DNA of 20,000 nucleotides from an uncultured virus (IMG/VR IMGVR_UViG_3300020046_001945). Lineage: Duplodnaviria > Heunggongvirae > Uroviricota > Caudoviricetes. A model generated the notes under the pieces. It made no database searches. It was not told the DNA's origin and saw nothing but the letters and a program-made list of their open reading frames with translations. Made by a program: the position numbers and the translations under genes. The stretch is taken from IMG/VR virus record IMGVR_UViG_3300020046_001945, one strand, 5' to 3'. Below, piece after piece: positions 15,280 to 20,000 of this stretch. Within the stretch, counting starts at the first letter, position 1; every line of letters starts with the position of its first letter.

Positions 15280-18200
15280 TTAAATAACACAGCAGAATCC
15301 TCTAAATTCATATTCGCCTGTATGAACTATCAACATAGACCTAAATCCAATGAAATCTACGGTATCTCCACCTGTTTTCGTAATTGCTGTTCCTGAAGAT
15401 GTTCTATACTTTAAAGAATACCCATTTGGAACTGTCAATAAATTTGTTGTAGCTACGGCACCTGCTTCACCCATAACAAAAAATCTAGTACCAATTATCG
15501 ATGTAGGTATTGTCCAACCACCTGTTGATATAATGATAACTTCCCCAAACTGCTGTTCTGTTGTTGTGCTTGGAGTTTGTACTACCGATCTAACAATTCC
15601 TAATTTGTTAATATTTACATTTTGAGAATTCCAAGATATACCCGGTGTTATTGCTAACGAAAATGCAACACCTACATCTGAAGTAGTTCCTATTTTCCCA
15701 CCAGCACTTGTTAAAACAATACCTCCACCAATTGTCGAACCACCATCATTATATAACCACGACTCGCCAGCCAGATGCGGAGAACCAAAGTAATCAATAT
15801 TATCAATAAATCTTGTTTTTGGAAATGCTAGTGTATTTGTTGATATGTTATCAACATTAAGGTCTTTGAAAACAGCCTTTCCGTCACCAAATATAGATGC
15901 TACATTTGAACTACTTCCAGGAACACCATTATAAAAATCTAGTTTGTTTGAGCTTGAAGCTAGATGGATTGAATAATTGCCGTTCTGAGGATTCCAGATA
16001 TCTACATCATTTGATGATTTTCTAAAACGTATTCTATCATCTGCCAAACTGACATCAGTATTTGAGAAGAAATTTGCGATCCAGCTCCCGTCTGCATTGT
16101 TTATGGTAAATGCTTCAGAACCATCATTATTGTTTGAAAGAGTTAGAATCAACGCACCCGAATCAGCGGTTCCTGTAGATGAAAATGTATACCAATCAGA
16201 AGAACTACCAAGGATACCCGTCAATGGTAGATAATTACCTGGCGTAAAGTTTCCTGCATTCCAGATTGTGTTTCCGTTTACCTTTGCGAAGTTATTATTT
16301 GGACCAATTAAATTAACCCAATCAGTTATGTCATTTGTAACATATAGTTCCAAAGATTGGTCTTCGCCCGAGCGAGTAACCAATCGCATACCCGCAGTAT
16401 CACCACTTCCACCAAAAGCATTATCTGGAAATTTGATACCTGCGGTTGTAACATTTAAAGCATATCCAACACTTACAGAATCTTTTGTGTATGATATTGC
16501 GGCTTTGTTATTTCCTACACCATTATACACACCCAAGGCAACTTTATTTGCTGATGTTCCGAATCTTACAGCAAGGTCACCAGTGGCATCATCTGAAAAA
16601 TATGATGCTGGATAGGAAGCAATGTCTATAGTTTGGTTATTCCATGCGTTTGTTCCGACTTTTCCATTCAACTGAGTTTGGATATTGGAAGTGGTTCCTG
16701 TGAGATGGGTGGCAGTGATTGGCAAATTAGAGTTAGTCCAAATTTCGCTCCACGATTCCCACGACGAAGCATTTCTTGTTCTAAATGCTATTCTACTTTT
16801 ATAGTTTGTCATCCCCCAAACAAGCTGACCACCGTACCCCGTTGAACCATCATCCAAACCATTCCTATGTCTAACATCAATAGTGTTGTAATACGCATTT
16901 CCGAACGGAGAACCCGATGTTGCGTTTTTAGCACCGACAAAAGAGTAAATTGTATTGTTTTCCGGATAATCTAAATTAACATTTGTATCGTATGATAATG
17001 CACGAACAGTATCTGAAATTGCTGGCTTTCCATTCAACTGAGTTTGTATATTTGAAGACACACCACTCAGATGACCAAGTTCTATATTTGTTATTGTTGA
17101 GGTTGTTAATTTTTGAGAAGCATCTGTTAAAACAACTCTATTTGCTGTAGAATTTAACTTCAACGAATTAACAAAATATGGATAATTTACACCAGATTCT
17201 ACTCGCATAAATTCTGATGTATTTTTATTGAAATATGTAATATCTGATATGTTATTAATTCCAAATTTTTCAGAACCACCGACATCCATCTGGAAATAAG
17301 AAGTAGCACCTGTACCAGCATTCATTTTAAATGTGGTGTTTCCAGTGTTTGTTCCGTATGTTAGAAGTGTAGTTTCATCTAATAACGATGAGTTGCCTAC
17401 CGTTCTAGTTCCTGTAAATTTTGGAATGTAATTAGATGTTCCAGATCCACTTATCACATTCGCAACTGCTGTATATGCAGAGTTCCAGTTTGCTATGGAT
17501 GAGGAATCCGTAACAGTATCAATCGCTCGTTGCCATGGTGACCAACCGTTGAAATCATCTCTCTTATTTCTAAACCACATCCTTTCCGATCCAGCATCAG
17601 TTCCAGCCCAGCTTAAAAATATTTGATTTCTACCAGCTCCATCTAACGATAATATATTACCATACGAAGCTGGATAATCTTGCCAATAAACCCTAGACAT
17701 ATACAGCCCATCACCAAACCATGATGATGGCGTTGCTGATGAATTTGGTGAAACTCTATCACCAACAATAAATTGATGGGTGTGGCTTGTTAAACTTCTA
17801 GCATTAAGTTGAGTTTGTATATTTGAAGTAACACCATCAAGATAATTGAACTCTGTATTAGAAATATTCCCAATTGTCAATGTAGATGCAGATACTGAGT
17901 TAAATGTAGCAGTAACTGCTGGTGCGGATAATGTTGTTGGATTGAATGTATAAGCAGTATTTCTTGTAGAGGATTGTCTAAACGCCAAATTGATAGATTC
18001 TGTGCCACCATCACCTGTTTCAATAAACATTGCTCCGGCATTACTTCCACCTTCGCCGTAAATTCTCCATTGGTCATTTGTCCCCATTGTTTGTGAAATT
18101 GAATACGGTGGAAGGGCAGATGGATATGTAGTTAATGCTTGTTCTACAATTCGGAATGTTTGTGCATTTGATGTAATGGCAGAAACTGATGTAGCCGAAA

Positions 18201-20000
18201 CAATTCCAATTTTAGCAGTTCCAGTGTATACTAACGAAGTCCCATCATATCCAAATGCATTTGAGTCAGAACCAAATTTAATATAGCCTTTAGTAGCATC
18301 ATTAACACCTCTAATTCCTAATGTGTGTGAAACATTAATATCACCAATAAGCGCATCATCTCCAACTCGTATATTATCCCCGCTTCCATTTGCAGATAAG
18401 TGTATAGAATCAAATATTGGCGATGCAGATAATGCCAATGACTGATTAATCAAATCAAGATTTGCTTTATTTGGGTGGTTGTGTGCAGAAGTGTACCCAA
18501 TATTCCAATTAGCTTTTTCGGTATCAGTTACAAATCTATTGGACGCATCTTGAGAAATCTTAGACGGCCCAAGTGTAGGAACATCTGCAGAAGTTAATGT
18601 TGCCCCTGCTGTTACTTGACCATACGCATTTGTGGTAACTTTTGTATAGGTTCCAGCAGTTCCTGTAGTAGCTAACGAAATAGTTCTATTAGTTGAAAGA
18701 TTTCCACCGCCTGCCAAACCTGTTCCAGCTGTTATAGTAACCGTTTTATCTGCTTTAGATGCAGACAATGTAGACAACTGCGTCTGAATATTTGCAGAAG
18801 TTCCGGCAAGATACCCAAGTTCAGTTGTTGTGATTGATGATGAAACGAGATTCTTAGAGCCATCTGTAACAACAACTGCTGAAGTTGTTAGATTTGGAAT
18901 ATTGATTTTTCTTGTGGAGGTTCCTATTGTCACAGTTCCGGTTGCCCCACTCAATACCGATACTGGGAAGTCATTAACCACCACATCTTGAATCACAAAT
19001 GAATTGTTCTGAAGGGTTCCTGTATACCACCGAATTGATCCAGCATCATTGAAACGAATGCCTTTTGAATTTCCTACCGGGCCATCAATAACTAAACGCG
19101 GGTTGGTTGCGGAAATAGTTAAGTAGTCTCCACGAAAAGTAACATCTTTATTTGCCGTGTTTTCAGATTCTATTCCAAAAACGGTTTCATATGCAGACGT
19201 AGTATTGTTGTATCTTTGATGCTTAAATGTGCTATTTGTTAATCCAATAAGTCTAAACCCAGGGAGATATAACTTACCTGAATTTGCATCACTTAAAATT
19301 CCAGCAGCGCCAATACGAATTTCACCCCCGCCCGCCTGACCCGGATTCTGGTTTATGATTATAACAGGAGAATTGATGTTTGCCGATAACCCAACTCCGA
19401 GGGTAGTACCATCAAAGGTTAATGCTGTTTCTCCTGCTAAATTTGAGGCGTTTGTAAATGTTGCTATTCTATTATCAGCGCCATTTGAATATGTTGCTTT
19501 TGTTGACGTGGTTGCCGAAAGATTTGTTAACTGATTTTGAATGTTTGCGGATGTTCCTACAAGATATCCAAGTTCGGTTGTTGTTACAGTAGAAGATACA
19601 AAATTTTTAGAACCATCTGAAACAACGACTCTTGATGTGGTAAGAGATTGAGAATTGATTGTTCCGTTTGAATTAATTCCGGCAATTGGAGTTCTCGCTC
19701 CTGGAGTTCCTTGGTAAAAATTAAATCCTTGCCCGTTAGAAATATGAACTGAGTATGAACCACCTTGGTCATTCCAAATATCTGTGTTTGTTGTTGATGC
19801 AATAACACAGAATGTACTTGTTCCTGCTCTAAGCTGAGTAACATCAAAACGACCACCATAATTTAGAGATGTCTGATTATATCCTAATTTATTACTATCA
19901 CTACCGAACCCAACATATCCCTGTCCTGGTAATGTTATACCCTTGACCCAAATAGTATTTGCTACATTTACATCACCAATCCAAGCATCATCACCCACTC
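15280..20000 (-). CDS. Large modular tail-fibre-like protein (5' end lies beyond the window)
   Basis: At least 1572 aa, G/S/T/N-rich, with five LxGxxxNIQxQL repeats and two knob-like domains ending in W-S/E-x-W. The listed start is an internal GTG (VGDD, also repeated at 18366) and the frame is open to the window edge. Confidence 0.8.
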   Translation of the reverse strand, partial: VGDDAWIGDVNVANTIWVKGITLPGQGYVGFGSDSNKLGYNQTSLNYGGRFDVTQLRAGTSTFCVIASTTNTDIWNDQGGSYSVHISNGQGFNFYQGTPGARTPIAGINSNGTINSQSLTTSRVVVSDGSKNFVSSTVTTTELGYLVGTSANIQNQLTNLSATTSTKATYSNGADNRIATFTNASNLAGETALTFDGTTLGVGLSANINSPVIIINQNPGQAGGGEIRIGAAGILSDANSGKLYLPGFRLIGLTNSTFKHQRYNNTTSAYETVFGIESENTANKDVTFRGDYLTISATNPRLVIDGPVGNSKGIRFNDAGSIRWYTGTLQNNSFVIQDVVVNDFPVSVLSGATGTVTIGTSTRKINIPNLTTSAVVVTDGSKNLVSSSITTTELGYLAGTSANIQTQLSTLSASKADKTVTITAGTGLAGGGNLSTNRTISLATTGTAGTYTKVTTNAYGQVTAGATLTSADVPTLGPSKISQDASNRFVTDTEKANWNIGYTSAHNHPNKANLDLINQSLALSASPIFDSIHLSANGSGDNIRVGDDALIGDINVSHTLGIRGVNDATKGYIKFGSDSNAFGYDGTSLVYTGTAKIGIVSATSVSAITSNAQTFRIVEQALTTYPSALPPYSISQTMGTNDQWRIYGEGGSNAGAMFIETGDGGTESINLAFRQSSTRNTAYTFNPTTLSAPAVTATFNSVSASTLTIGNISNTEFNYLDGVTSNIQTQLNARSLTSHTHQFIVGDRVSPNSSATPSSWFGDGLYMSRVYWQDYPASYGNILSLDGAGRNQIFLSWAGTDAGSERMWFRNKRDDFNGWSPWQRAIDTVTDSSSIANWNSAYTAVANVISGSGTSNYIPKFTGTRTVGNSSLLDETTLLTYGTNTGNTTFKMNAGTGATSYFQMDVGGSEKFGINNISDITYFNKNTSEFMRVESGVNYPYFVNSLKLNSTANRVVLTDASQKLTTSTITNIELGHLSGVSSNIQTQLNGKPAISDTVRALSYDTNVNLDYPENNTIYSFVGAKNATSGSPFGNAYYNTIDVRHRNGLDDGSTGYGGQLVWGMTNYKSRIAFRTRNASSWESWSEIWTNSNLPITATHLTGTTSNIQTQLNGKVGTNAWNNQTIDIASYPASYFSDDATGDLAVRFGTSANKVALGVYNGVGNNKAAISYTKDSVSVGYALNVTTAGIKFPDNAFGGSGDTAGMRLVTRSGEDQSLELYVTNDITDWVNLIGPNNNFAKVNGNTIWNAGNFTPGNYLPLTGILGSSSDWYTFSSTGTADSGALILTLSNNNDGSEAFTINNADGSWIANFFSNTDVSLADDRIRFRKSSNDVDIWNPQNGNYSIHLASSSNKLDFYNGVPGSSSNVASIFGDGKAVFKDLNVDNISTNTLAFPKTRFIDNIDYFGSPHLAGESWLYNDGGSTIGGGIVLTSAGGKIGTTSDVGVAFSLAITPGISWNSQNVNINKLGIVRSVVQTPSTTTEQQFGEVIIISTGGWTIPTSIIGTRFFVMGEAGAVATTNLLTVPNGYSLKYRTSSGTAITKTGGDTVDFIGFRSMLIVHTGEYEFRGFCCVI
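16660..19644 (-). repeat. Five dispersed intragenic repeats (LxGxxxNIQxQL)
   Basis: Copies at ~19528-19644, 18775-18891, 17806-17865, 17026-17150 and 16660-16719. Exact DNA matches: 20 nt at 16661-16680 = 17027-17046, and 19 nt at 17039-17057 = 17810-17828. Confidence 0.9.

Noticed and set aside
15280..16000. Diversity-generating retroelement target or invertible cassette at the fibre C-terminus
   Set aside because: No near-identical template repeat with adenine-specific mismatches, reverse transcriptase, invertase or inverted repeats seen in this window.
1..20000. tRNA, ncRNA, CRISPR array or intrinsic terminators
   Set aside because: Intergenic gaps are all under 40 nt, and I saw no regularly spaced repeats or GC hairpin plus U-tract.

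Overview
This 20 kb window is an AT-rich, densely packed virion-morphogenesis region of a T4-related (contractile-tailed) large phage, with every credible gene on the minus strand and read in the standard code. In transcription order it holds: a 5'-truncated modular tail-fibre-like protein (>1572 aa), a gp16-like small terminase, a two-gene insert (103-aa protein plus a protein-kinase-fold protein), a gp17-like large terminase carrying a 147-aa mini-intein just before Walker B, tail sheath, tail tube, a second tube-fold protein, overlapping gp26-like and gp51-like genes, a gp14-like neck protein, two paralogous tape-measure-like proteins (the longer with a lysozyme-like domain), gp48-like, gp53-like and gp27-like baseplate genes, and the start of a gp5-like gene missed by the ORF track. 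The most notable points are the kinase cassette with capsid-targeting-like N-termini, the His-less mini-intein, a candidate +1 frameshift at gp26/gp51, the duplicated tape-measure genes, TAAATA-N5-ATG leaderless-type late promoters, and a clustered [TLVI]-S-A motif in surface proteins. All protein calls come from motif recognition by eye, not database searches.
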